A stretch of 63,667 nt of DNA, counting the filler, from Atractiella rhizophila (taxonomy: Eukaryota): NCBI GenBank assembly GCA_021432655.1. It is 5 parts of 5 records of this genome, joined end to end, with 100 filler letters (N's around TTAATTAATTAA, not from the genome) between each part and the next. Parts side by side here need not be neighbours in the genome. Positions count along the whole stretch, not along the records: positions 1 to 24,364 come from MU271793.1; positions 24,465 to 48,583 come from MU271794.1; 3 more parts are not named here. One strand, 5' to 3'. Position 1 is the stretch's first letter. Each line of letters starts with the position of its first letter. The translations under genes were made by a program, and so were the position numbers. The notes under the pieces are model-generated. The model did not search any database and was not told where the DNA came from. It saw only the letters and a program-made list of their open reading frames with translations. Positions 16,287 to 28,499 of the stretch are shown in pieces.

Positions 16287-17906
16287 TCAAAAGTCTTCAA
16301 CCTCTCCTCCTTTCTCCTTTTGCACCTCGTAGAGACCCATGAAGACATCCGCATCATCCACAAGCTGGTCGAAAAAGGAAAGGGATGTCCATTCAGCTTC
16401 TTCCCGACCTTCAAATAAATGGAAAGCCACATCTCGCCCTTTTGCAGTCAGACTGTCTTTGTACGCCAGAGCTCGTTGGAGCTCCAATGGAGACCACTCT
16501 CCGAAAAACAATCTGATACTGAGCCATGCATCTTTGCGGGAGGCGAAGAACCAGTTTGCAAAATCGAGAAATCCGACGAAGGCGACGGAGCAATAGCCGA
16601 TGTCCAGAAAGCGCAAATTGGACAGATCGCGCAAGGAACGTTGGCTGAAAAATTGAATAGGAAGGACTTGGTTGCGGTCGTGTCCTCCATCTAGTGTAAG
16701 CACTTTCAGATTTGTGAGGTTTGAGATTTCGAGAGGATGATCCAGAGCGAATCGACCGGTTTCAAAACGTTCGCTCTGTTCGAAATCTAGATTTAACCTT
16801 TCTAAAGTCGCCTGTAGCTCGGAGAGAGACTCCAGAGGTGGAGTTTGGCGAAGGTCAAAATCTCCAAGTGTCGCAAACACAGGCAGCTCCTTAAGGCGGA
16901 AGTGAAGGACGGAATTCTTTGCAGGAAAATCACAGTCAGCACGTTCCGGAGTCGTGATTGTTTCGCTGAGGGACAAAGCGCTCGGAGTAATACAAGCAAG
17001 TCCTAAGCGATAGAGCAACGGAGTTGTATGAGAAAGGAGGAAGTGGCAATCTTCTTCAGACCAGCCAATGAGCCCTAAGCTTCTTATCGATTCCATTGCA
17101 ACCAACACACTCAAGGCGGGCTTTTCATGCGCCGCAGGTGGACCACTGAGAACGACACAGGTAATCTTCTGATAGACTTTAAGGGCTCGAAAGAGGATGG
17201 TGAATTCAATTTTCCGTTGCCGTTCGTGCTCGGTGTAGCAAAACTTGAACCAAAAACGACGCGGAGCAGGACATTGTTGCAACAGGCGAAGCTTCTGGTT
17301 CCCTTCCAATGGCTCGATTTCGCGGATAGCCATTTCTTCTCTCCAACTGCGACACACCGCCGAATAATTCAAGCGAGACGTTTGTTTCCAATCGGCTGCT
17401 CGTAGGCAATCAAAAATCATTGCCAAAAGTTCAAAGGGTAGTTTGTCGAACGGCGAAGTTTGAGGCACGACGTCCAATTGAAAGAAAATGGTATGATGAA
17501 TCAGACGAGATTCAGATTTACTTTTCCAGTCGATTTCAACCGTTAAAGCAGAAGGTCCTTCTTGCAAATCGAACGTGAATATCTTATGTTGCATCTTCGC
17601 AGCCTGTGGTACATCGAACCTGGCCAGGTAACCGGTGTAGGGTGAAATATAAATAAACAAGTCGGTACATTGAAGGGTGTCAAAAGTCGTTAGTTGAGGC
17701 ACTGAAAGGCGAGATGATAGAATCGTTTCTCCTTCTCCAACAGCGGCCGTAAGAAGGAAGTGGACCTTTCGTACCGATGTCCATCTGCGAAAATCTGGGG
17801 TCCAACTGAAAGAGACGGTTTCGCTTGTTCTGGGAATATCAGACGGTGGTTTGGAGACCAGATAGCTGTGCAGGAAAGGAACGCGCTGCTGATCCGACAG
17901 TGCCAT
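16287..17906 (-). CDS. Intronless 539-aa protein with an internal F-box and LRR-like C-terminus
   Basis: FDKLPFELLAMIFDCL...SAVCRSWRE F-box. LxxLxL repeats (NLTNLKVLTL, DLSNLRFLDI). Single uninterrupted ORF. Confidence 0.8.
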   Translation of the reverse strand: MALSDQQRVPFLHSYLVSKPPSDIPRTSETVSFSWTPDFRRWTSVRKVHFLLTAAVGEGETILSSRLSVPQLTTFDTLQCTDLFIYISPYTGYLARFDVPQAAKMQHKIFTFDLQEGPSALTVEIDWKSKSESRLIHHTIFFQLDVVPQTSPFDKLPFELLAMIFDCLRAADWKQTSRLNYSAVCRSWREEMAIREIEPLEGNQKLRLLQQCPAPRRFWFKFCYTEHERQRKIEFTILFRALKVYQKITCVVLSGPPAAHEKPALSVLVAMESIRSLGLIGWSEEDCHFLLSHTTPLLYRLGLACITPSALSLSETITTPERADCDFPAKNSVLHFRLKELPVFATLGDFDLRQTPPLESLSELQATLERLNLDFEQSERFETGRFALDHPLEISNLTNLKVLTLDGGHDRNQVLPIQFFSQRSLRDLSNLRFLDIGYCSVAFVGFLDFANWFFASRKDAWLSIRLFFGEWSPLELQRALAYKDSLTAKGRDVAFHLFEGREEAEWTSLSFFDQLVDDADVFMGLYEVQKEKGGEVEDF

Positions 17907-19522
17907 AGAGGGGTCGATAAAAAGCTATGTGCTGGTCAGCAAACGATGTGTGTATAACGATCAAGTTGGACAGGATACCAGGATATCACTATCGCCAAAA
18001 AATCCGACTCGAGTGTTCAAAAAGACTTCTGATGGTCTATGCATTTCCCGCATGTGTTAGCATTTAGCAATTAAAGGAAGTTTCAGGGTATCGATGGAAG
18101 AGCAAAAGCAGTGGACAACGTTGGTCCCATGAAAGAGAAATTTGAAGTATTAACGAATCCTGCTCACAATACTTTTCCTTCAAGCGTCACGCGTCACATT
18201 GCAGGATTTAGATACTCAGCGAGCTTCGACCCCTCAAAAATCAACAGCGTGGGAAAACAGGCGCAGTTTGTAGCATAGGTACAGTGACCAAACACTCAGA
18301 AAGGTGAAAGAGAAAGGTAAAAGTCCTGTTGGAAAAGTAAAGCGCGTCGTCTTCCAAACCAATGCACGTGACCAGGTCCAGCTCAAAACTCTACCAGCAG
18401 CTTTCATCTCTCCAGCAGATCTCTAGTACAGGGAATGGGGCAATGAGGAACGAGTGTTAATGAGGAGCGGTAAGGCGCTGAGACAGGCAGGAATTCCACG
18501 CGTTAGTACCAAGGAGTGAAACTCTGAGCATTAAGGAACTAGGAATTGGATGGGCCACTGCACGCGGATAATGATTGCGTGATGAGCCTGCGATAGGTGA
18601 GTGTCTACTCTGCCTTTCAAGTGGGAGCGGAATGGATGCTTGTTTGCCTCCTTGACATCATTTGGCAAAGACTTGACAACAAACTGCATCCTTCCTGCGC
18701 TACATGAGATGTGTTGAATCGTGTATATTGGTTTAAGGACATTCCTCCAGGAGAGATTCTACGTCCGCGATTGCTCAGGTTAATCCGGAACAAAGTAGCA
18801 GGAGACGCTCGCTGTTGCTACCTGCTACTATACATGAGGGTAGCCCAGTAAGCCTATGTTGGCTATAAAAGTAGGGCAGAGGCACGTTTTGTGCCCAGGC
18901 TTGAAATCCAAGCTTCTCTGTGCTGTCATGAAGCCACCGCCACAGTTGGAAGATGCTAAACACGGCTGCATATAGAAATACCGTTTGGTTTCCATGACTG
19001 AACGAACGACTTGAAGTATTTATTTGCTCCTCGTGCGCTCACGTCCCATGGTTGCTTCAAAGTAACCCAGCACTAACTGTAGACCTACATTGCCGGTACT
19101 GTCTTACTGTCTCCGGTTGTGTTTATGGTGAAGTCACCGGTGCTTTTCAAGCATACAAGGTCAAGACCGCTGCTGGTCTACATCACATTTTGCGGCGCCG
19201 AGCGGGCAACGAGACTTCTCAATGTGTGCAGCCGAAGTTTATAACTTTGTGATGCTGAGAATGAGGTTGTAAATTTGATGTCAATTCTCCGACATCCCCC
19301 ACTGTCCGAGCGAGTTTGTGCCACAGATGAAGCAAACTTCTATTCAATCCTATGACTCTATGGCTCGTGAAAACCCGTAAACACCATTAAGGTCGACTTG
19401 GTCGGGCAGCGGGGCACCAGGTCTTCGCAACGGGCATAACTGGTCGGGTTATTCCCTTATTCCCACTTTATAAGTCTGCTCTCCATATTGTATGGTAAGA
19501 ACTCTGCCCTTTAGATCTCAAG

Positions 19523-21721
19523 ATGAGATCACTAAATCTTTTTGAGACTCTGGGTTCCTCCTTTTTACTGACTGTGTTCGCCGTGAACCACTGGTCGCTC
19601 TCAACTCTTACCTACCTACCTATCTTTTTGTCCCTATGCTTCCTGCTTCACAACATTTTCATCCTTCTCGATGCACACTCCGAATCCAGAGCCGCACAAC
19701 GCGTTGGAGCCAAGGTCATACCCACAGTCCGCGGTGTTGATGGGCGAGGCTGGATACCTGGAGCAGACATCCATCAATACATTACTTACATGTATGGTTT
19801 GAGGAAGATGCAGCCTGGGCGTGCTAGCGAGGAAATGAAGAAGAAACACGGGAAGGTGGTTCAGTTTAAGGTGGGAGGGTGCGTCCCTTCGGCATCCATC
19901 TTCTCTAGAAAGTGATCGAAGCTGTCCTTCAGGAATTCAGTTGTCTTCACATTCGAGCCAGACCCGTTACAGCGAGTGTTAGCAACTAATTTTGAAAATT
20001 ACGGGTGAGCGCCAACATTGCGTTGACGCATTTTACTGAGCTATGCATTTCAGGAAGGAGCCTATGTTCATGGACGGTCTTCAAGATTTTCTTGGGACCG
20101 GTGTCTTCAACTCCGACCAGAAGAGCTTGTGGTCCTTCCATCGCAAACTCACGCGTCCTCATTTCTCTAAGGAGGAGGTAAACGACATGGAGCACTTTAA
20201 AGAGCACACCGAGCGGCTTATCGCAGCTCTAGAACATGTTTCCAAAGCAGGGGAAGCGGTGGATGTGCAAGAACTGTTTGGTCGTCTCGCTGTGGATGTT
20301 GGCACTGATGTGAGTCACTTATGTCTAACTGTTGGACCTGACTGCTAATGGTAATCCGCACCATTCAGGCTCTATTCGGCGTCTGCTCGAACAGCCTTAC
20401 TGCTGGAGAGTCGTACACTCCTGCCCAAGAGCGAAATAATCGGTTTATTGAGGCGTTTCAGGAGGCCCAAAAATTGTCTGTGAAGCGGTTCGATCGCGGT
20501 GGGTTGTTACCCCATTTACCTTTGTGCACAGCTTCATGAGCGGATCAGGTCCCTTATGGAGGCTGTTTGAATGGCAAGGGAGCGCGCTGACACCTGTCAT
20601 GAAAGTCATCACTGAATACTTCGAAGACATCATCTCTGCGGCGAAAGAGGAGAGTGTGCACGGCAGTGGAACCGAAGAGAAGAGGAAGAATCTCTTGCAG
20701 CACCTCTTGCAGGAGACTGATGATCATCAAATAATTAGAGATGAAATACTCAACATCTTCATCGCCCTCAGGTTTGTTTCTCATAGCTCGAAGTGTCCCT
20801 TCTGTTTATGGAGAACTTATTTAGGGACACATCTACTAGTGTTATGACTAGCATTATGTGCGTATTCACAGAAAGAATCCTTTATGAGCTCATTTCTCTC
20901 GATTCAAGCTACAACTTCGCGCGCAACCCCTCCACGTTCGCCAAGGCAAGGCAGGAAGTCCTCACTCATCTCGGTTCCTCTGCTGCTTCGTTGGATTACG
21001 AGTCTTTCAAGAACTGTCGTTACCTTCGAGCCGTAATACATGAAGCGCTTCGTCTCCATCCACCCGTATTCGGGAATAGTAGGTACGCCTTTGGAGATGA
21101 TGTGTGGGTGATCGACGGTCAGAGATATTATGTTAAAGGAGGGTGCGTTCTCAACTCTCATCCTCGCACTGGCGAAATTAACATTCACATCAATGATATA
21201 GCTCCACCATTCGGTATCCTATTGGTTGTTTGCAGCGAAATGAAGACTATTGGGGTTTGTGCTCACTCCGTCGTGTAAATATTGCTGATGTCCATGCTTA
21301 GGACCTGACGCTCGCGTTTGGGATCCGGAGCGATGGATAGATGAGAGGGTTTCGCGCATGACAGCCAAACCATTCATCTTTCAAGCTTTCTCGTACGTAT
21401 TCCTCCTTCTACCATCCTACGACACTCATGAACTCGGCGTAAAACAGCGCTGGTCCTAGAATCTGTCTCGGCCAGAAATTTGGCACGTTTTCCCGCTAGA
21501 CCTCTCCCCTCATCCAACGCTGATCGGTTATTGTAGCGCTTAACGAAATTTCGTATGCTGTAGCGCGTATGCTTCAGACATTTGAGAGCGTCGACTTCGC
21601 ATGGGACAAACAGCCCTCAGACAGCGTACTTCCTGATGGTCAGATAAAGGAGTTCCTCACTCTGACAATTGCCTTTCGCGGGGGGATGTGGGTACGGTTT
21701 AAGAAGGGAGAAAGGGATTAG
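19523..21721 (+). CDS. Cytochrome P450, CYP52-clan/CYP63-like
   Basis: N-terminal TM, LGTGVFNSD, I-helix DEILNIFIALRDTS, EALRLHPPV (ExxR), WDPERW, heme motif FSAGPRICLGQKFA. TATA-like box near 19468. Confidence 0.92.
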
Positions 21722-24175
21722 AGTTGAGGTCCTGTCCACGTATTATAATTTTCATCTAAAGGGTTGTTGTATCGCAGTCAAGCAGGCAATTAATAACTTT
21801 TCGCCTCCTCCCCAATTTCATCACATGCCCTTGATTTATCACAACAAAGTGAATCCTCGTGAAGGCGTTCTCATATCGCTGCGAGCTCTGGTCTATGCTA
21901 GATGGTCGTCTTTCTCTTTCATGCTATGAAACAGTCAAATCAATAAGTCATTTAGCGTTGTGTGATTGTACGGCTCGTCTGAGGGTCAGGAGAAGGGAAG
22001 TGTAGGCGGGTTGTAGACTTCTCACATCAACAATTATGCTACTAGTAGGGTGGAGCAAACAGTCCTGGAACGGGATGTCCGCAAAGTTATTTCCTAACAG
22101 CCCTGAATAGATGCTTCCAGGATCTCCTCACGATCAACAGGATGCCTACCGCGTGGATGCACATGCACAATTTACAAGCATGCTATTACATCTTGGCAGG
22201 AAGTTTGCCCGTCACGATGCAATTTTTCAATATGTGCACGATTGAATATTGGACATTAACACCATGGCATCCTTCGCAGCCTGGCCACAACAGGCACTTG
22301 AGGACCGCCACGACAACCGCTCATGGGACGACCCGAAAAAGGGTTCACCACAACTAAACATCCCTCTTGTGTAGTGCCTGCTCCACTTCGTGCCCTTTTT
22401 GCAACGAGTACGAAGATGAAGAGGATCAGCAGACTGTTACATGGAACCGCCATATGCACAACGACAATGAGCCTGGACATACGATGTGATTTCTATTTAG
22501 GAGACTGCCTCTCGGAAGAAAAATCAGTAACCCATCGGGCAGACCACTGAAAAGAGAATGTTACTCACGACAAGGGCTTTCACCTTGTTGTCCATTCTTT
22601 CATCTTGCTCACTTGTTGAAGAAGCTGCTCGGTTGGCTGAAATAGCTGCTATACGTCATAGACGTCTCCTCCCTCGCTGCTTTGACGGATAATACTCAAT
22701 GTTGGAATGCTAACGAGCAGGATAATTTCCCCAGGTGCAGCGGCACATAAATATGATTCCCGCCACAATTAAGTGAGGCAGGATCGCAAACCCTTTCTCT
22801 GTTACCACTAACCCCCGATTGCAAAATATAGATTGCGAGGGACACCTGTCGACGCCGACATGGATCGAATCAAACTTCGTTGCAGAGAAAGAAACTCGTA
22901 CGCAGACGCATCTAAGAAAGCAGCATGGATGAAGCGCAACCTGTCCTTATACGAGTCATTTGGATATCCGTGACCCTCATAGAAGGCTACGAGATTATGA
23001 TTCTGATCTCCGAAAGGCGGAAGGAGTGATTGAGCAAGGCGACGTGAATCGTTCTACGTGGCGCGACTCTGAGCGAGAACTGGACTATGCCTAGGAGGTA
23101 GAAGGATGGCCGCATTGGCGGCAGGCATGGTCAATGTGATGATTACGATTGACGCGCTGTGCGAGCAGTACAGTGGACCTGTTTGGACATCGAACCAACA
23201 TGGGCAAGGACGTGAAAATATGGCACTGGATCCGAAGTTATAGGTATTTGTCTGGATATTTGAGATGACACATCCTATGTGAAGAACTAGCGGTCGTTAC
23301 AATCCATCGATGGTGCGGCGAGTTGGAGGTGGAGGACTCAGAGTGTCAAGAACACAGCTAACGCAGATAAATGACAGCCATCCACTCATGTCGATATTGG
23401 TTAAAATACTCTCTTTACGGCTTCTCCGTGGGCTTTTTTTCTGTGCGATTAAGCCATGCCTGCCGGACATTTGAACACATAAACCGCCCGCCCCGTTGTG
23501 CCCAACAATGATTTCTTGTTGCACGAAGAGAAATAAGGACTGATGGAAGATTCTGGAAACTCGCAGGAGCAGGTATGAATTCGAATTCGAGGATGCATAT
23601 GTTGGGTAGCTTTCCCTGAAGTCAGTACTACTAGTAGTAGTCACGGTCGTACATCAATGCATCATCTAGTATGTTTTATTAGTTCTTGTCCTTTGCACGC
23701 TCTCCCGCATTTCATTCAAAAATTCACAAATGATGCGACTAACTCGTACTCGCACACCATACATACTAGTCATGTTGCCCTCCAGGTTTTGATCGGCACA
23801 ACATTTTACTTTCCAACAAGCTCTCCATAGGCTTTAAAATCCTCTCCATAGCCTCCACAATATCCGTACTAGTAGCCTCTAAAATCCTGAATGCCAGAGA
23901 GCGTTCTCTTGTTCTTCAAGATCTGCACAACGAGACACACCAATGTCATCCATCCACACCCTCACATGCACATGCAGTCCACATTGTTTCGGCAGGTCGG
24001 AGTTCACAATGCTTCACGCACAGGCATGCGCTCGACCGCAGTTATATTTTGTTTCCTGCTTTCCTGGTGGAGAGGGGAGAGCAGGCGAACTATAAAAGAA
24101 GGAGCTCTGTCCTAGTTTCCTTCAGCATCACCAAAACAGTCCAGAGTATTAAACGTTATCATTCTTTACCAATTC

Positions 24176-24364
24176 ATGAAGCCCGTTGTCCTTGCCACTC
24201 TTTTTCTTGGAGCGTTTGTCTCCGCCAATGGACCCCTCAGACATCAGAAGCGTGGTACGTATTCTCTTTGACGTCAGGAGAGCTAGCGCTGAGCGCAGGT
24301 AGGCGTAATCACTGATGGGTCCATCAGCTGTGTTGAAGTCGAGCTCGCTGGTATGTTTCCTCGC
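24176..24364 (+). CDS. 5' end of a secreted protein, truncated by contig linker
   Basis: MKPVVLATLFLGAFVSAQW signal peptide, TATAAAA at 24091, short intron, then gap. Confidence 0.6.
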
Positions 24365-24464
24365 NNNNNNNNNNNNNNNNNNNNNNNNNNNNNNNNNNNN
24401 NNNNNNNNTTAATTAATTAANNNNNNNNNNNNNNNNNNNNNNNNNNNNNNNNNNNNNNNNNNNN
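24365..24464. other. Artificial contig linker N-TTAATTAATTAA-N (100 bp)
   Basis: Six-frame stop spacer flanked by Ns; the same structure occurs four times in the window. Confidence 0.97.
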
Positions 24465-24664
24465 TGGCGGTTTGAGAAGGCGAAAGAGTTCTATAAGAAT
24501 CGGAACGCCAATGGGAGGGGGAGGAGTCCGCCACGGATCGACGATTTAAGTTTCGTCGATACAGCTGAGACCAACGAGAGCTCTGGGACGCAAGATAGCT
24601 ATAGAGACCCGTTGGACGATGTGGATGTGGAGGATGAAGACGAAAGGGAAAAGTGGGAGCGGTA
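24465..24664 (+). CDS. 3' end of an unknown gene with an acidic C-terminal tail; may belong to the 24176 gene
   Basis: Open frame FEKAKEFYKNRN...DDVDVEDEDEREKWER ending at TAG 24662-24664. Confidence 0.4.
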
Positions 24665-25303
24665 GCGCGACTCTCTGTCCGTCGACTTGCATCGTGTATG
24701 ATAGTTCGTTATATACCACCTCGACCATAGAAGCGGGACTTATACACCATTGGCTCCGCTATGAAAGAAAGTTGACTAGCCTTGGACCAGCTTCAAGTTG
24801 GAGAAAGTATGCGCCGTAAGCGTAAGCTGCTCGTGCTCCGCATGTCTGGATTTGAAAGGCTTATCTCGCACTTCCGGCCGCCAAGGGAAGTCTCGCTCAT
24901 TAATTTTCTTTTCTCATCTATTAACTATGTGCCTCATGCTTCGCAGCTCATGCAACAGCGAACACCTTTGTGGATAGTGGATAGTGGATAGACATGCCCG
25001 GTGGAGCCATGAAGGCTAACGCATGCGCTTTTGAAGTGGGAAGGATGCGCAGCTTGACGTCTGAATGGAAGGTCCCGTTTTGAGAATATTCGAATCGCTC
25101 AGCTTGTTGCGGGAATATTATTATCAGTCTCTTTATATTCCCAACGTTCCACCATCTCCTTCGCTGCGCCGCGAGAGAAGCAGCAGCGCAGAAATTCTTT
25201 TAAGCAAAGAAAAGGCCGCTGCTTCATAACAACACATTCTTTACACTGGTCTGCCCGCTTTCCATCCATTCTTTTGTTGGCACACAGATTGGGAAATTGG
25301 AAC

Positions 25304-28193
25304 ATGTTATCCCTCCTTTACAGCTTTGTTCTTTTTTCTGCCCTCTTACCCATCCGAGCCCGTGGTTTCGAGCATCGCGACCTTGCAGAACATGAGAGGT
25401 TGAGAAGGAGGCACGATAGGCTTGTGGAGAGGTACCAGCGGTTGGAGGAGGAGAAGAGGCAGTGGGAACTTGCAAATCCTGAGGCGGAAGAGCCCATGAT
25501 TACTCCTCCCCCTCTGCCTTATCGTTTAGACCAGATGGACGACGAAGAGTTTGAAGACGCGCTTGGAGGAGATTTAGAAGACGGTGAGGAGGAAGAGGAG
25601 GGCGGGCTATTGAAGAGAGCGACGACGACGAAGAAAACCTCATCAACCAAGAAGTCGAGCTCGACCAAGAAATCCACGTCCACCAAGAAAACGACCTCTA
25701 CAAAAAAGACCACTTCCACCTCGTCCAAGAAAACTACATCAACCAAGAAGACCTCGTCTACTTCATCCAAGAAGTCCACTGCCACCAAAACGACTTCCAC
25801 GGGTTCATTTTTTGCTCGTTTATCTATTGAGAGCTGATCAGTTTAAAAAGCTAAAACAACTTCCACGAAGAAAACCTCAAGCACTGGTTCGTTTTCCAAA
25901 AGACGTCTACGAAGCTGATGTGAATCTCCAGCCAAAACAACCTCTACCAAGAAAACCACAACCACTGGTTCGTTGTCTCAAAAGTCGCTCATGATCCAGA
26001 CAAGCTCATGGAAACTAGCCAAAACAACTTCGACGACAAAAGCTACAACCACTAGTTCGTTCTCGCAGCTGCTGCTAATGGTATCCCATGAGTTGATGGA
26101 AACATACAGCCAAAAGCACCTCGACCACAACGACATCGACCACCACAACAAATGTCCAAGCGTGAGGGTCTTTCAAGTTCCTGTTCCAAAGTGATTGAAG
26201 TCGGTCGGCAGCGAATCTACCTGCTTCACTTCCTACTCAGTCGCTACCACGACGGTTACCGGTACTGGTATGTTCTTTCTGTTCATTCCTTGTTATGATG
26301 TGGACTGACTTCGCGCGTCAATAGGTACCCTTCCTACCCCCAGCTCCTTTGTCGTTCGATCTGGCACCAGCGGTCTCCAGCTCGATGGGCAGAACTATCG
26401 TATCTTCGGCCCAAACATTTACTGGTTAGGACTGGACGAAAACGTGGATCCAAACCCAAGCTATCCGGATAAAGGGGTAGCCTTTCTTGACCTTCTCGCT
26501 TTATCATTCAGTGTGTTGATCCAGTGTTGTGTGCTTAGAGGGTACGGGAAGCGATGGCCATAGCTGTCGCTATGGGTGCCAACACGATCCGCTCGCATAC
26601 TCTGGGTGTTAGCTTTGGGAATGCATTGTCAATCGAACCGTCTTTGGGAGTGTTTAATGATGCTGCCGTACGTTTGTCTTTCCTCCACGTTGTCTCTTTC
26701 ATTCTCAGTCTATGATGATGATTTACAGTTCGAGTCTGTCGACTATGCTATCGCTGCAGCCGGAAAGTATGGGTTGAGAGTTATTATTCCGCTGAACGAT
26801 GTGCGTAACCTCCGCCATCATGGTTCGCAAATTAGACTAAATCATGGATGGTAGAACTACGACTACTATCATGGTGGAAAGTACACCTTCCTCAGATGGC
26901 TCGGTATCTCAACCGACAATTACGGAAACGCCTTTTTCACCAATAGCACGGTAAGTATCAGATCGCTTTTCATCATTTTCTGTTCTTCTCTTGACTTTCA
27001 AGTGGCTGATGAATAGCGCAGGCAATCGCAGCCTACAAAGCCTACATCCAACACTTTATCTCTCATGTCAACGTTTACACTGGGCTTGCTTATAAGCAGG
27101 ATCCGACAATCATGGCATGGGAGACAGGGAACGAATGGGGGTACGTCACCTCTCATTTAATGTCTTTCCATCAACCGTGATCAGTTCTGAACAAATAACG
27201 ACGTGTCTGGCAGAGCCTACATCGGCAGGGAAGGGTATCCTCCGGAAGCTTGGACGGAAGAGATAGCTGGGTATATTAAACAGCTAGCGCCCTTACAGCT
27301 TACCATCGATGGGACTGACGGAAGTGACTATTTTTTGTTTTTTTCTGTGACCCGGTGTACTGACGCATGAGTGGGCAGTCTGGAACTATACGACAAAGTG
27401 AGCGAGTTGGAGCTGAAGTGTGAGGGATGAAACTCATCGAGTGTGCAGAGTATCTGCTCCTGGATTACAGGTCGCGAGTATCGACATTGCGTGAGCTGTT
27501 TGCCCTCTGACTCGCTGGATATGCTGATAAATACTCTACTGACAGGTCCGACCATTTGTATCCTCTCAATCAAGGGTTGCTTGCTCAGGATTATACCCTG
27601 GTGCAGAATTATAGCAAGGCCCTTCTCATCGGTGCGTCCACCTCTTGCTGTTGTCTACCTGACATCTGAGCCTTTCAAGGTGAATATGACTGGACCGTAT
27701 GCACCTTCTCTCCAGCCTCTGCAGGTTGTAATGTTGATGAGGGATGCAGGAGACGCATGGTGGACAAACCGTCGATGATTTTATCACACAGATAGAGTCA
27801 ACCACTTATGCCGGTGATATGATCTGGAGCGTTTTCGGGCACGACGCTCAGGTATGTCGCTCCCTCTCTTTACTCCATATAAAAGCTGAGAAATGCTCTG
27901 CAGTGCTGTAACTATGTCCAACACGTAAGTGTTCTTGCCAATAATAATTCAACCCAAACTGATGTGATGATGAACCCAAGGATGATGGTTATTCGCTCTA
28001 CTAGTACGTGTCCTTCTCTCTTTCTACAAATGCTTCGGCTGATGACATGGCAATGAACAGCCCTAATGGCAACACTTCGACGCTCAAAAAGCTCGCTCTT
28101 AAAGTCGCCCAGCATTGGTATCGAGCAACAGGTCGAACGGTGCCGTCAAAGCTCCCAGCAGTCGCGTGCCCCCAACCCGAACTCGTTTTTTAG
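25304..28193 (+). CDS. Secreted glycoside hydrolase family 5 (beta-mannanase-like) with acidic pro-region and Thr/Lys/Ser-rich linker
   Basis: Signal peptide, LLKR Kex2-like site, GPNIYWLGLDENV, GANTIRSHTLG, AWETGNE (acid/base Glu), DHLYP, IGEYDW (nucleophile Glu). Confidence 0.88.
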
Positions 28194-28499
28194 ATGCTCA
28201 AAATTTCTTTAACAATATCAAACAACTTCATATATATTTCCCTTCGACTTGAAATCCACTCTTTGCAATCCTTCTTTTTTCTTCGCTCGCTTCAATCTGC
28301 CTGTACTTACATTTGTTTTGTAGCTTACTTTTGGTTGGGGAAATTATCCTGTACTGTTCCCTTCCTCAGTTCAGTTCTTCAATTGCAAGTGGAGGCACCA
28401 ATCAGCGGCATCGTATAAGGTGTATCCGCACATTTCATCATGCATTCGATCACTTTACCTCTTCGATCCAAGTTCTGATACTGGCTGCCTCAGGCCAAC

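Noticed and set aside
22030..23880. Several TACTAGT(A) palindromes in a long intergenic region
   Set aside because: Short and irregularly spaced; cannot be separated from chance without genome statistics.
19523..28193. Secondary-metabolite cluster around the P450
   Set aside because: No backbone enzyme (PKS, NRPS, terpene synthase) nearby, and a contig linker interrupts the interval.
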